The translations under genes were made by a program, and so were the position numbers. This document shows positions 10,796 to 20,576 of a stretch of 64,000 nt of DNA, piece after piece. Each line of letters opens with the position of its first letter. Within the stretch, counting starts at the first letter, position 1. Under the pieces are notes generated by a model. It saw only the letters and a program-made list of their open reading frames with translations. It did no database searches and was not told the origin of the DNA. The stretch comes from Polyangiaceae bacterium (GTDB lineage Bacteria; Myxococcota_A; Polyangia; Polyangiales; Polyangiaceae), in contig JBGANF010000002.1 of the NCBI GenBank assembly GCA_044222475.1, forward strand, positions 96,001 through 160,000, given 5' to 3'.

Positions 10796-11917
10796 TCACT
10801 CACACGTGTCGGTGTAGTTGGGGCCACACGGGGTCTTCCCCTGCTTCGCGTTGTCCTGCCACCCGTTGAGGATCGCCGGCTCGGCCTCGAACCCGACGCC
10901 CAGGGAGATCGCATCGCACTGGATGTCGGTCCCGTCGTTGGCGGGGTTCGACATGATGTCGGCGGACTTGCAGATCTCCTTCTTGAGCGCCTGATACGTG
11001 ACGTTCGCCCCGCAGAGGAACTGGCCGGGGTTGAGCGGGTCGTCGACGACCTGCATCGACGAGAGGAGGTTCTTCATGTCCCAGCGTCCGGTCATTCGCC
11101 CGTCGCGCAACGACCAGCCACGTGAGTCCTTGTCGAGCCGCGCGATGACGTACGTGCCACGCAGCTGGAGGAACGCCGCGGAGAAGCCGCCGGTGAGCGC
11201 GAGCGGGAAGTCGAGCAGACCGACGAGCACGCCGCCGGCGACGTAGGCGTTCGAGTCGACGTACTTCGACACATAGGGCGGCCCTGAGCCACCTTGCAGC
11301 GAGCTCGCGGCCGCGATCCACTCGTCGGTGCCGTCGTGCTTGGGGAGCGGGTTGCCGGCGTCGCCCGCGTCGCTCGTCGGTCGCGTGCCGAGCGAGGTGA
11401 GCATGGAGAGCTCGATCGATCGATCGTTCGGCGTTCCGTTCCAGCGTCGGATGTGGACGAGGAGGCCGGTGCCGCCCTCGGCGATGCGCTTGTTCACTCC
11501 GGTGGGATCGAACTGCGAGCTCAGGAGCGCGAACCGGGCGAGCAACGGCCCGGCCGAGTTGTCGCGGCCCGCGTCGTCGTCGCAGTGCTTCGGTGCGTCG
11601 ATGCGAGGCTTGCACGACTCGACCTCGGGGCACGTGCACTTTCCGTCGAGGTTGACCGAGAGACGCGCGCCCCCGTCGAGCCCGAGGTCGACGCCGCTCA
11701 CGGCGAGGATGAGGTCGAGATCCGGGTCGGACGTCGGATCGTCGGCAGAAGGGCGGGGGGGCGGTCGCTCCCCGACGCAGCCGTCAGGCCCGGCGTCGAC
11801 GTCGGGGCCGGCATCGCTTCCACCGCCGACGAGGAGGGAGCTGTCGTAGACCGCGCACGCCCACACGGCAGCAGCGCCGAGCGCGAGGAACGTCGCCGTC
11901 GCGCGGAGTCGCCTCAT
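10796..11917 (-). CDS. Cys-rich secreted/lipoprotein, paralog 3 of tandem triplet
   Basis: Signal ending WA-C; LDGKCTCPEVESC, HCDDDAGRDNS, GRW, LCG...YQALK..IC, CDAISLG. Confidence 0.85.
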   Translation of the reverse strand: MRRLRATATFLALGAAAVWACAVYDSSLLVGGGSDAGPDVDAGPDGCVGERPPPRPSADDPTSDPDLDLILAVSGVDLGLDGGARLSVNLDGKCTCPEVESCKPRIDAPKHCDDDAGRDNSAGPLLARFALLSSQFDPTGVNKRIAEGGTGLLVHIRRWNGTPNDRSIELSMLTSLGTRPTSDAGDAGNPLPKHDGTDEWIAAASSLQGGSGPPYVSKYVDSNAYVAGGVLVGLLDFPLALTGGFSAAFLQLRGTYVIARLDKDSRGWSLRDGRMTGRWDMKNLLSSMQVVDDPLNPGQFLCGANVTYQALKKEICKSADIMSNPANDGTDIQCDAISLGVGFEAEPAILNGWQDNAKQGKTPCGPNYTDTCE

Positions 11918-11931
11918 GATCGAAGGCTAGC

Positions 11932-13047
11932 TCAACGGCAGTCGTCGGTGTAGGTCGCTCCGCAGCCCTGCACTCCGGCCTCGATCGCGAACACGCCGCT
12001 CAGCTGCGCCTGCTCGGCGCGCCAGCCGACGGCGATCGAGATCGCGTCGCACGGAGAGTTCTGGTTGTCGCGCAGCGGCGACGCGCTGATGTCGGCCGCG
12101 CCGCAGATCTGCTCCTTGATGGACTGATAGACGCCGGAGTCCCCGCAGAGGTAGCCGCCGGACGTGATCGGATCGGAGATCGTCTGCAGGCCGGTGAGGA
12201 AGCCGCGAGTGGGCCAACGGCCCGTGGCGCGGCCTTCGCTCAAGCCGAACCCGCCGCCGGGAAGCCGATCGATCCGCGCCGACACGATCGCGCTCCCGAG
12301 GACCATGACGGTGCCGCGGAAGCTCCGGCCGAGGGCGACGGGGAAGTCGAGGGTCGCGACGATCCGTCCACCGGCGACGTACGCGTTGGTGTCGATGAAC
12401 TTGGCGACGTACGGCGGACCGATGCCGCCGAGGAGAGATCCTGGATCGGCCGTCCAGACGTCGCCGCCGTCGTGGCTCGGAGGAGGGTTGCCGCCGTCCA
12501 CGCCGGGCGTCGTACCGTTGGAGACGAAGAGCGAGAGCTCGACGTCGCGATCGTCGTCTGCGCCGTTCCATCGGCGCACGCGCACGATCAGCCCGTTGAT
12601 GCCCTGCGCGAGGCGCTTGTTCGCCGTCTTGTCGTCGAAGGCGTTCGTGAGCTTCGACAGGGTGAGCGCGAGCGCGAGGCCGGAGTTGTCACGACCCGCG
12701 TCGTCGTCGCAGTGCTGCGGCGCGCCGGTAATCGGGACGCAGCTCTCCTTCTCGGGGCAAGTGCATCGGTCGTCGAGGTCGTACGCGAACGGGATGCCAC
12801 CATCTCCGAAGCCGAGGTCCCACTGCGACAGCGCGAAGACGTGCTCGGCGTCGACGTCCGCGTCGCCGATGCCGTCGGTGTCGGGGCGAGGCGGCGGTCG
12901 CGCGTGGACGCATCCGCCATCGGAGGTCGCGTCCGACGTCGAAGCGTCGGGCGGCGGGGCGCCGGGCACGAGGAGGTCGTCGCTGTAGACGGCGCACGCG
13001 GCCGCGACGCCAGCGGCGGCGGCGGCGACGCCGAGCGCACGTCTCAC
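11932..13047 (-). CDS. Cys-rich secreted/lipoprotein, paralog 2 of tandem triplet
   Basis: GTG start overlapping the upstream stop; AAA-C lipobox; same motifs as both neighbours. Confidence 0.85.
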   Translation of the reverse strand: MRRALGVAAAAAGVAAACAVYSDDLLVPGAPPPDASTSDATSDGGCVHARPPPRPDTDGIGDADVDAEHVFALSQWDLGFGDGGIPFAYDLDDRCTCPEKESCVPITGAPQHCDDDAGRDNSGLALALTLSKLTNAFDDKTANKRLAQGINGLIVRVRRWNGADDDRDVELSLFVSNGTTPGVDGGNPPPSHDGGDVWTADPGSLLGGIGPPYVAKFIDTNAYVAGGRIVATLDFPVALGRSFRGTVMVLGSAIVSARIDRLPGGGFGLSEGRATGRWPTRGFLTGLQTISDPITSGGYLCGDSGVYQSIKEQICGAADISASPLRDNQNSPCDAISIAVGWRAEQAQLSGVFAIEAGVQGCGATYTDDCR

Positions 13048-14222
13048 TGAGCGCAATCGTCGGTCCACTGAGGGCCGCACGGGAAACCCGAGTCGGGCTT
13101 GGGCCACGTGTTGCCGTACCCCGCAGGGATGCTCTCGAAGCCGAAGCCGATCGAGAGCGAGTCGCAAGGCGCGTTCTTGCCGTCCTCGAGGAGGTTGCCG
13201 CTGATGTCGGCGAAGCTGCACACGCGATCCTTGAGGGCCTGGTACGTCGGGTTCGGTCCGCAGAGGTGCTGCGTCTTCGTCGGATCGAGGGGGTCACGCA
13301 GCACCGCGAGGGTCGTGAGGAGCTTGCGCGCCGGCCAACGGCCACCGATCACTCCGGTCGCCTTGAACGCCGAGCCGACCTTGGTGAGCTTGGCGGCGAC
13401 GACCGAACCGGACAGCTCCAGCGTCACGAGACCTTCGCCGTTGCCGGCGCCGATCGAGAGCGGGAAGTTCAGCGTACCGACGAGCACACCGTCGCGGACG
13501 TAGGCGTTCGGATCTTCGTACAGCGCCACGGGCGTGCCACCGTCGGCGAGGGCACCGCCTTTGAGCGACGTGGGGTCGAGCGTCCACTTGTCGGTGCCGT
13601 CTTGCTTCACCGGCTTGGGCGAGTTCACTTGGATGCCTTCGGTGCCGTTGGAGACGAACACCGCGAGCTCGACCTTGGTGTCGTTCGGCATTCCGTTGTA
13701 GCCGCGCACGCGAATGAGCGCTCCGAACACGCCCTTGGCGATCTGGTCGTTGATGTACGCCTGGTCGAAGAAGCCTTGGCTGCTCGAGAACTGGCGGATG
13801 AGCGCTGCGCCCGAGTTGTCGAGGCCGTTCTTGCCGTCGCAGTGCGCGGGTGCGGCATCGCCCGACTTGCACGACTCCACGTCCGGGCAGGTGCAGAACC
13901 CGTCGAGGTTGAAGCCAATCGACGGGGGACCGGCGTCGGGGCTGGCGTTGAAGTCCAGCGTGTTCACCGCGTTGTAGAACTCGACGTCGGGGCCGCCGGG
14001 GTCGTCCTTGTCGGGTCGTTGCGGCCAGCCCGGCGCTTTGCACAGATCGACGTCCGCACCGCCGTCGCCGCCATCGGCGACGCCCGCCTCGGAGGAGATC
14101 AGCAACGAGGAGTCGTAGATGCTGCAGGCGGCCACGATCGCCGTCCCGGCGACGGACGCGGCCACGAGGCTCGCCCAGAAGCGCGCCGAGAATCGCGACC
14201 CGACTCGACTGCCGATGCTCAC
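13044..14222 (-). CDS. Cys-rich secreted/lipoprotein, paralog 1 of tandem triplet
   Basis: VAA-C lipobox; LDGFCTCPDVESC, HCDGKNGLDNS, GRWP, CDSLSIG. Start is GTG 14222 or ATG 14234. Confidence 0.85.
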   Translation of the reverse strand: MSIGSRVGSRFSARFWASLVAASVAGTAIVAACSIYDSSLLISSEAGVADGGDGGADVDLCKAPGWPQRPDKDDPGGPDVEFYNAVNTLDFNASPDAGPPSIGFNLDGFCTCPDVESCKSGDAAPAHCDGKNGLDNSGAALIRQFSSSQGFFDQAYINDQIAKGVFGALIRVRGYNGMPNDTKVELAVFVSNGTEGIQVNSPKPVKQDGTDKWTLDPTSLKGGALADGGTPVALYEDPNAYVRDGVLVGTLNFPLSIGAGNGEGLVTLELSGSVVAAKLTKVGSAFKATGVIGGRWPARKLLTTLAVLRDPLDPTKTQHLCGPNPTYQALKDRVCSFADISGNLLEDGKNAPCDSLSIGFGFESIPAGYGNTWPKPDSGFPCGPQWTDDCAQ

Positions 14223-14278
14223 TCCCCCAAACATACCACGCCATTGACGGGGCGGCGCGAAGCCGGCACGCTAGAGCC

Positions 14279-15304
14279 ATGAGATCCCGCACTGTCGCCG
14301 GGCCCGGCGCGGCCTTCGTGCTCGCGGCATCCGCCGCGGTGACCTCGCTTGCCCACGCCGACGGCGCGGTGCCGAACGCGGAGCGGTTGAAGAGCGCTGC
14401 GGCCGAGTACGACGCTGGACGCCGAGCCTACGCGGAGAACAAGTTCGAGGACGCGGCGAGTCACTTCGAGAACGCATTCCACGACGCGCCGAACGCGCAG
14501 ACCATCCGCAACGCGATCATGTGTCGCAGCAAGGCCAACCAGCTGTCGCGCGCGGCGACGCTCGCGGTGCTTGCATTCTCCAAGTATCCGGAGGACGAGC
14601 AGGTCGCTCAGATCGTGAAGCAGACGGTCGCCGAAGCCGAGTCGAAGCTCTTCAAGGTGAGCGTCGGCTGCACGCCGGCATGCGGCGTCGCGTCCGACGG
14701 GCGAGTGATCTCGCTCGAAGACGCGAAGAAGGTCGTGTTCTTCCTCGACCCCGGCCCGCACGCGGTCGTCGTCAGCTGGGAGGGCGATCGCACGAAGCCG
14801 CTCGATGTCACGGCGAAGGCCGGAGGCAGCCAAGACTTCACCCTCGAGGCTCCGCCGATGCCGGTCAAGCCCGTCGGCCCGGTCGGTCCGGCGGGAGGTG
14901 GCGAGCAACCGGCTCCTTCCACGAAGCCGTTCGGCCCCGCCGTCTTCTTCGTCGGCCTCGGGCTCACCGCCGTCGCCGGCGGAGTGCTCGTGTGGTCCGG
15001 CATCGACACGATCAACAACCCTGGCGCGGACGTCGTGAAGCAGAAGTGCGTCGGCCTCGGGGAGACGTGCCCGGAGTATCAGGACGGACGCGCGAAGCAG
15101 CTCCGCACGAACGTGATGATCGGCGTGACCTCGGGTCTCGGCGCGCTGACCCTCATCACCGGCATCTTTCTGACCCAGTGGACGTCCCCCAAGAAGGCCG
15201 AGACCCCGCACGACGGAGCCCCGCCACCGCCCGCGACGGGCTTCGTCCGCCCGTATTTCGACTTCGGTTCGACCTCTACGGTCGGGGTCTACGGAGCGTT
15301 CTGA
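14279..15304 (+). CDS. Secreted TPR + PEGA-like protein with hydrophobic C-terminal segments
   Basis: Signal AHA; TPR-like EYDAGRRAYAENKFEDAASHFENA; beta domain FLDPGPHAVVVS; Gly-rich hydrophobic hairpin; ends in Phe. Confidence 0.8.
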   Translation: MRSRTVAGPGAAFVLAASAAVTSLAHADGAVPNAERLKSAAAEYDAGRRAYAENKFEDAASHFENAFHDAPNAQTIRNAIMCRSKANQLSRAATLAVLAFSKYPEDEQVAQIVKQTVAEAESKLFKVSVGCTPACGVASDGRVISLEDAKKVVFFLDPGPHAVVVSWEGDRTKPLDVTAKAGGSQDFTLEAPPMPVKPVGPVGPAGGGEQPAPSTKPFGPAVFFVGLGLTAVAGGVLVWSGIDTINNPGADVVKQKCVGLGETCPEYQDGRAKQLRTNVMIGVTSGLGALTLITGIFLTQWTSPKKAETPHDGAPPPPATGFVRPYFDFGSTSTVGVYGAF

Positions 15305-15390
15305 CGCAGCGTGTCATGTCGCAGATCTGAGGCACTGCTCAGGGAAGTACGGTACGCTAGCTCAGGTTTCTCTCCGAAAGGGACCGTCCG

Positions 15391-17013
15391 CTGACGAAGT
15401 TTCTGAACAACGCCGCTCCGGAAGAGCGCCGTCTGGATCGCTTCGAGCTCATCGCCGAGCTCGCGAGCGGCGGCATGGCGACCGTGTACCTCGCGCGCCT
15501 GGGCGGGGCCGGCGGATTCCAGCGCTTCGTCGCGATCAAGCGACTGCACCCCCACCTCGCCAAGGACGCGGAGTTCACGCAGATGTTCCTGGACGAGGCG
15601 CGGCTCGCAGCCCGCCTCCACCATCCGAACGTCGTCCCCATCCTCGAGATCGGCGAAAGCCCCGACGGGTACTACCTCGTCATGGAGTACATCGAGGGCG
15701 ACACGCTCGCCCGGATCCTCGCGCGCTCGGCGCAGGCGGGGCGCGCGCTCCCGGCGAAGGTCGCCATCCGCTCCTGCCTCGACGCGCTGCTCGGCCTGCA
15801 CACTGCGCACGAGCTCACCGACGACGACGGCAAGCCGCTCCACATCGTCCATCGCGACGTGTCGCCCCAGAACATCCTCGTCGGCGTCGACGGCACCTCG
15901 CGCATCGCCGACTTCGGCGTCGCTCGCGCGACCTCGCGCTTGTCGACCACGCGCACCGGTCAGCTCAAGGGGAAGCTCGCGTACATGGCGCCGGAGCAGG
16001 CCCGTGGCAAAGAGGTCGATCGTCGCGCGGACGTGTTCGCGATGGGGATCGTCACGTGGGAATCGCTCGGGCAGAAGCGACTCTTCAAGGGCGAGGGGGA
16101 GGCCGACACGCTCAACCGCGTGCTCTACGAGCCCATCCCGAAGCTCCGCGCCGCGAACCCGACGGTACCGGCAGAGCTCGAGACCGTCGTGATGAAGGCG
16201 CTCGAGCGCGACGCCGACGCGCGGTTCGCGAGCGCCGCGGACTTCGCCGACGCGTTGGAGAAGGCGGCTCGCAACGTCGGCGCGCTCGGAACTGCGCGCG
16301 ACGTGAAGGAGCACCTCGACGTCGTCCTCGGCACGGACATCTCGCAGCAGCGTGACGCGGTGCGCGCGTGGCTCGCGCGAAGCGAGCCGAGCCAGCGCAT
16401 GACCGCCAGCCAGATCGGGCAGGCGAACTCCGTCACCAAGGTCGAGGGGGCGCGTCCAGCAGACGCGTCGGGGCAGCAGAACGCCGTCTCCAGCGTGTCG
16501 TCGGCGGTGATCCAGCTGCCGGGCAGCGCCGCGTCGTCCCCGTCGTCGGTTCAGCCGCTGCCGGTCGTCGAGACGCTACCGTCCAAGCGTCGCTCGAAGG
16601 CTTGGGCCGCAGTCGCCGTGGTGGTCTTGCTGCTCGCCGTCGGAGGGCCGCTCGCGTTCTTCCGCTTCCGCGCGCCGACGTCACCGACGATCGCCACGAC
16701 CGCGCAGCCCACCGTAGGCACGCCCACGGCCACACAGACCGCCACGTCCGCCGCGACGGCTCAGACCTCGACCACCGCGCCTTCGGCGACGGCCGGTGCG
16801 CCCGTGGCGTCGGCGCAGACGTCGACCGCCACCACCAAGACGACCGTGCCGACCGGTCACTTCGTGCCCCCGATCCGCACGGGGACCGCGACCGCCGGCA
16901 CCAAGCCCACCACGACTGCGACGACGACCACGACAGCCACCTCGCCTCCGACGGCGACGGCCACGTCGACCGGCACGGGCATCGACGATCTCTCCCACAA
17001 CCCGTACCGGTGA
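15391..17013 (+). CDS. Membrane Ser/Thr protein kinase (probable CTG start)
   Basis: LASGGMATVY, VAIK, HRDVSPQN, DFG, APE, DVFAMG; one TM helix; Thr-rich tail ending NPYR. In-frame TAG at 15358 and no ATG/GTG/TTG before 15475. Confidence 0.93.
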   Translation: MTKFLNNAAPEERRLDRFELIAELASGGMATVYLARLGGAGGFQRFVAIKRLHPHLAKDAEFTQMFLDEARLAARLHHPNVVPILEIGESPDGYYLVMEYIEGDTLARILARSAQAGRALPAKVAIRSCLDALLGLHTAHELTDDDGKPLHIVHRDVSPQNILVGVDGTSRIADFGVARATSRLSTTRTGQLKGKLAYMAPEQARGKEVDRRADVFAMGIVTWESLGQKRLFKGEGEADTLNRVLYEPIPKLRAANPTVPAELETVVMKALERDADARFASAADFADALEKAARNVGALGTARDVKEHLDVVLGTDISQQRDAVRAWLARSEPSQRMTASQIGQANSVTKVEGARPADASGQQNAVSSVSSAVIQLPGSAASSPSSVQPLPVVETLPSKRRSKAWAAVAVVVLLLAVGGPLAFFRFRAPTSPTIATTAQPTVGTPTATQTATSAATAQTSTTAPSATAGAPVASAQTSTATTKTTVPTGHFVPPIRTGTATAGTKPTTTATTTTTATSPPTATATSTGTGIDDLSHNPYR

Positions 17014-17026
17014 TATACCCGTCGAC

Positions 17027-19063
17027 GTGCGAAAGCTCGCCCCTCGCGCTCGTGTCGCGCTCGCGTTCCTGCTCGCCATCCTCGTGACGGCGGCGTGCGC
17101 TGCGACGCGTACGCCCATCGACCCCCGATTCCTCGCCGTGCACAACGCGTTCGCCGCGATGGGGATGGCCCAAGTCGGGCCCGTGCAGCAGGGCTCGCTG
17201 GTCGAAGGTCGAGAGGCCCGCTTGTCGCTCGACCTCGCGGCCCAGTGCACGACCCTGGTCGCCATCGGCGGGGACGGCGTGCGGGATCTCGACCTCTCCG
17301 TCGTCGACGCGCAAGGCACGGTGCTCGCGCGCGACGCGACGCACGACCCCCAAGCGGTGCTCCGCGTCTGCGTGGATGCGCCAGGGGCGTACAGCTTGGT
17401 CGTCAAGATGGCCGCCGGCTCGGGCGAGTTCCTCGCGGCCACGTGGACCGGCGGGGCGACGGCGGGACCAGCCGGATCGGCGGCGGTCGCGGCGAGCGGT
17501 CGCGGCAACTGCGACGCGCCGATCACCATCGGTCCCGGCACCATCAACGGCAACACGTCGACGGGCGAATCCGAGAACTCGTGCAGCGACGTCCGCGCCG
17601 AGGGCAAGGAGCTCGTCTATCGCATCGAGATCCCGACGCGAAAGAAGCTCACGATCGAGGTGCGAGCGCGCTTCGACTCCGTCCTCTACGTGCGCAAGGA
17701 GGTCTGCGACTCCGACGACGAAGAGTACGAGATCAAGTGCAACGACGACGACGGTGGAGACGAGCGCGCGTCGCGCATCGACGCCGTCGTCGATCCGGGG
17801 ACGTACTTCGTCTTCGTCGACGGGTACTCGGAGAACGGCTCGTTCGTGATGAACGTCACCACGGCCGACGTACCTTCGCTCGCCGACGTGTGTCGCCAAG
17901 CGCGCCCGCTCACGACGAGCGGGACCGCCAGCGGCACGACGACGAGCTCGTACGATCATGTCCACGCGAGCTGCGGCGACGATGCGAAGGCGAACGACGT
18001 TCCCTACCGTTTCGATCTCGGGCAGCGCTCGCGCGTGCGCTTCACGCACCACTCCGACGACTTCACCCCGGTCGTCCACGTCCGCAGCGTCTGCACCGAC
18101 GACCAGACCGAGGTCGGCTGTTACGACGACAGCTCCGCGGTTCAAGACGACGAGGCGGTCTTCGTCGGCGTCCTCGATCCGGGCAGCTACGCCGTCTTTG
18201 CCGACGGCTCCGACGAGGATCAGAGCGGGCGGTACACGCTCGACGCCGAGGTCGGGCCGGAGGCCGGGAGCGGCACCACCGGCGACGCCTGCGCCGACGC
18301 CGTCCCACTCCCGCCGAACGACTCGAGCATCGACGGCGACACCTTCACCGCGAAGGACGACATCGCCGGCAAGTGCGGCGGCACCGGCGCAGCCGACGTC
18401 GTGTACCGCATCGATCTCCCGAAGCGCTCGCGCATCGTCGCATCGCTCGACCGCGAGGAAGGGGCGGGAAGCGGAAACAGCGATGCCCACGTGTTCGTCC
18501 TCCAGCGCACCTGCGCGGACAAGAACACGGAGCTCGCGTGCGGATCGTCGGTCGACGAGATCCTCCAGCCGGGCACGTACTACCTCACCGTCGACGGCGC
18601 GAAGCCCGATCGCTTCGGCAAGTTCACGATCGCATGGTCGGTGCGCGACGTGAGCGGCCAAGAGAACGCCTGCAAGGTGGCGCCATCGCTCGTCGACGGC
18701 CAGACCGTCTCGGGCAACACGACCGGCGGCAGCGACAAGTTCGCGACGTCGTGCGGCGGCGAGCGCATCGGATCGTCGAACGACAAGCTCTACAAGATCG
18801 TGCTCACCTCGCGGCAGCGGGTGCGCCTCGCGCTGTCCACGCCGCTGTGGGACGGCGTCCTCGCGATCCGCAAGGCATGCCTCGATCCGTCAGGCTCGAC
18901 GTCGTCGCGTCAGGCCGAGGTGGCCTGCAACAACGACGCAGAAGACTCCCATCACGCGCGCCTCGAGACGACCCTCGATCCCGGCACCTACTACGTCGTC
19001 GTCGACGGACATCGCGGTGGTCAGGATGGGGCCTACACGCTCGAGTACAAGGTCGTGCACTGA
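17027..19063 (+). CDS. Lipoprotein with multiple PPC-like (pre-peptidase C-terminal) beta-domains
   Basis: TAA-C lipobox; repeated C.ND....DPGTYxVxVDG....GxYxL units with paired Cys. Confidence 0.85.
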   Translation: MRKLAPRARVALAFLLAILVTAACAATRTPIDPRFLAVHNAFAAMGMAQVGPVQQGSLVEGREARLSLDLAAQCTTLVAIGGDGVRDLDLSVVDAQGTVLARDATHDPQAVLRVCVDAPGAYSLVVKMAAGSGEFLAATWTGGATAGPAGSAAVAASGRGNCDAPITIGPGTINGNTSTGESENSCSDVRAEGKELVYRIEIPTRKKLTIEVRARFDSVLYVRKEVCDSDDEEYEIKCNDDDGGDERASRIDAVVDPGTYFVFVDGYSENGSFVMNVTTADVPSLADVCRQARPLTTSGTASGTTTSSYDHVHASCGDDAKANDVPYRFDLGQRSRVRFTHHSDDFTPVVHVRSVCTDDQTEVGCYDDSSAVQDDEAVFVGVLDPGSYAVFADGSDEDQSGRYTLDAEVGPEAGSGTTGDACADAVPLPPNDSSIDGDTFTAKDDIAGKCGGTGAADVVYRIDLPKRSRIVASLDREEGAGSGNSDAHVFVLQRTCADKNTELACGSSVDEILQPGTYYLTVDGAKPDRFGKFTIAWSVRDVSGQENACKVAPSLVDGQTVSGNTTGGSDKFATSCGGERIGSSNDKLYKIVLTSRQRVRLALSTPLWDGVLAIRKACLDPSGSTSSRQAEVACNNDAEDSHHARLETTLDPGTYYVVVDGHRGGQDGAYTLEYKVVH

Positions 19064-19192
19064 CCCTGGGGAAGGCGGCTCGCGCCGCCTCGCACCACCC
19101 GAGCAGGTCGGCAGAGCCGAATGAGCCTCCCCTCCACGCGGTCCCTCCGCTACGCGTCGGGATTTCGCACGCACGACCGTGCTCGCTGGTTG

Positions 19193-19408
19193 CTACCGCG
19201 CGCGGCGCTTCGCGTAGGTGTACGCGGTGATCGCTGCGATGATGTGACAGATCCACCCGAGCGTTCCGCCCGTGCCGATCCACAACCCGGGCGTCACGAG
19301 CAGCCAGAAGATGCCGCGGAGCCAAGCGCCGTTGTAGAACTGGCCCGCTCCCGGGATGATGAGGGAGAGGACGGCAGCGATTCCAGGCGGAGAGAGGCGT
19401 TTCTGCAT
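19193..19408 (-). CDS. Small membrane protein (TM2/NINE-like)
   Basis: MQKRLSPPGIAAVLSLIIPGAGQFYNG...; 71 aa, hydrophobic. Confidence 0.8.
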   Translation of the reverse strand: MQKRLSPPGIAAVLSLIIPGAGQFYNGAWLRGIFWLLVTPGLWIGTGGTLGWICHIIAAITAYTYAKRRAR

Positions 19409-19495
19409 CGAATGATCCTTGGGAAGAAGTCGCAAACGCGTGCCCGCGCCCAGCGACACGGCGAAGGTGCTCACTCCTCCCCACCCGGGCAAGGG

Positions 19496-20554
19496 GTGGA
19501 TTCTCGATTGATCGGGGCCCTCCGCGAGCGACTGCTGCGCTTTTTTCGCGCCTCGGCCCGAGATTTGCCGTGGCGCCGCACGCGCGACCCCTACGCGATC
19601 TGGGTGAGCGAGGTGATGCTCCAGCAGACTCGGGTCGAGACCGTCGTGCCGTACTTCGCGCGGTTCCTCGATGCGTTTCCGACGGTGCAGGCGCTCGCCG
19701 ACGCACCGCTCGACGGCGTGCTCGCGCAGTGGAGCGGGCTCGGCTACTACCGGCGCGCACGCTTCCTCCACCGCGGCGCGAAGACGATCGTCGAACAGCT
19801 CGGAGGATCGCTCCCGCGCAGCGCCGAGGAGCTGCTGCGGGTGCCAGGCATCGGACGCTACACCGCCGGCGCGATCGCGAGCATCGCGTTCGGTGAGCCC
19901 GCGGCGATCGTCGACGGCAACGTCGCGCGCGTCCTGTCGCGCGTGCTCGGGATCGAAGACGACATCCGCTCGTCGTCGGGGAGCGCGGCGCTCTGGGCGA
20001 GGGCGGCGGAGCTCGCCGTAGGAGAGGACCCGGGCGCGCTCAACCAAGCGCTGATGGAGCTCGGCGCGACGGTCTGCACGCCGAAGAGCCCGCGTTGCGG
20101 CGGCTGCCCTGCGGCCGACCTCTGCGTCGCGTTTCGAGACGGGCGTCAGGCGGAGCTCCCGCGGGTGAAGGAGCGAGCGGTCGCCAAGCGCTGGCGTCGA
20201 GTGGCGATCGTCGCCACGAAAGGAAGCGCCGTCCTCCTCGGGCGCCGCCGCGACGACCTGGTGTTCGGCGGGCTCTGGGAGCCGCCGTCGTACGACGCCC
20301 ACGACGCAGGCGAGGATCCGGGCGCGCCCATCGGGGTGCGTCTCCGCGCGCCGCGCGACCTCGGGATGGTGCGCCACGTGCTGTCGCACCGACGCATGGA
20401 GGTGCGCGTCTATTCCGGAAATCTCGGGTCGCGCGTGGATCGGGCGAAAAGCTCGGAGCACGAGCGGTTCTCGCTCTTCGAGCCGGACGCGCTGGGCACG
20501 GTCGGCCTCTCGACCCTCGCGCGGAAGATCCTCGGGCTTCTTTCCGCGCGCTAG
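19496..20554 (+). CDS. mutY: A/G-specific adenine glycosylase
   Basis: RDLPWR, WVSEVMLQQT, GLGYY, VPGIGRYTAGA, VDGNV, FeS motif CTPKSPRCGGCPAADLC. Start estimated. Confidence 0.95.
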   Translation: MDSRLIGALRERLLRFFRASARDLPWRRTRDPYAIWVSEVMLQQTRVETVVPYFARFLDAFPTVQALADAPLDGVLAQWSGLGYYRRARFLHRGAKTIVEQLGGSLPRSAEELLRVPGIGRYTAGAIASIAFGEPAAIVDGNVARVLSRVLGIEDDIRSSSGSAALWARAAELAVGEDPGALNQALMELGATVCTPKSPRCGGCPAADLCVAFRDGRQAELPRVKERAVAKRWRRVAIVATKGSAVLLGRRRDDLVFGGLWEPPSYDAHDAGEDPGAPIGVRLRAPRDLGMVRHVLSHRRMEVRVYSGNLGSRVDRAKSSEHERFSLFEPDALGTVGLSTLARKILGLLSAR

Positions 20555-20576
20555 CGTTGCTAGTGTCCGTTTCGCG

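Noticed and set aside
16680..16980. Thr/Ala-rich low-complexity tracts here and at about 3550-3620 and 4120-4225
   Set aside because: Ordinary flexible linkers of secreted or membrane proteins.
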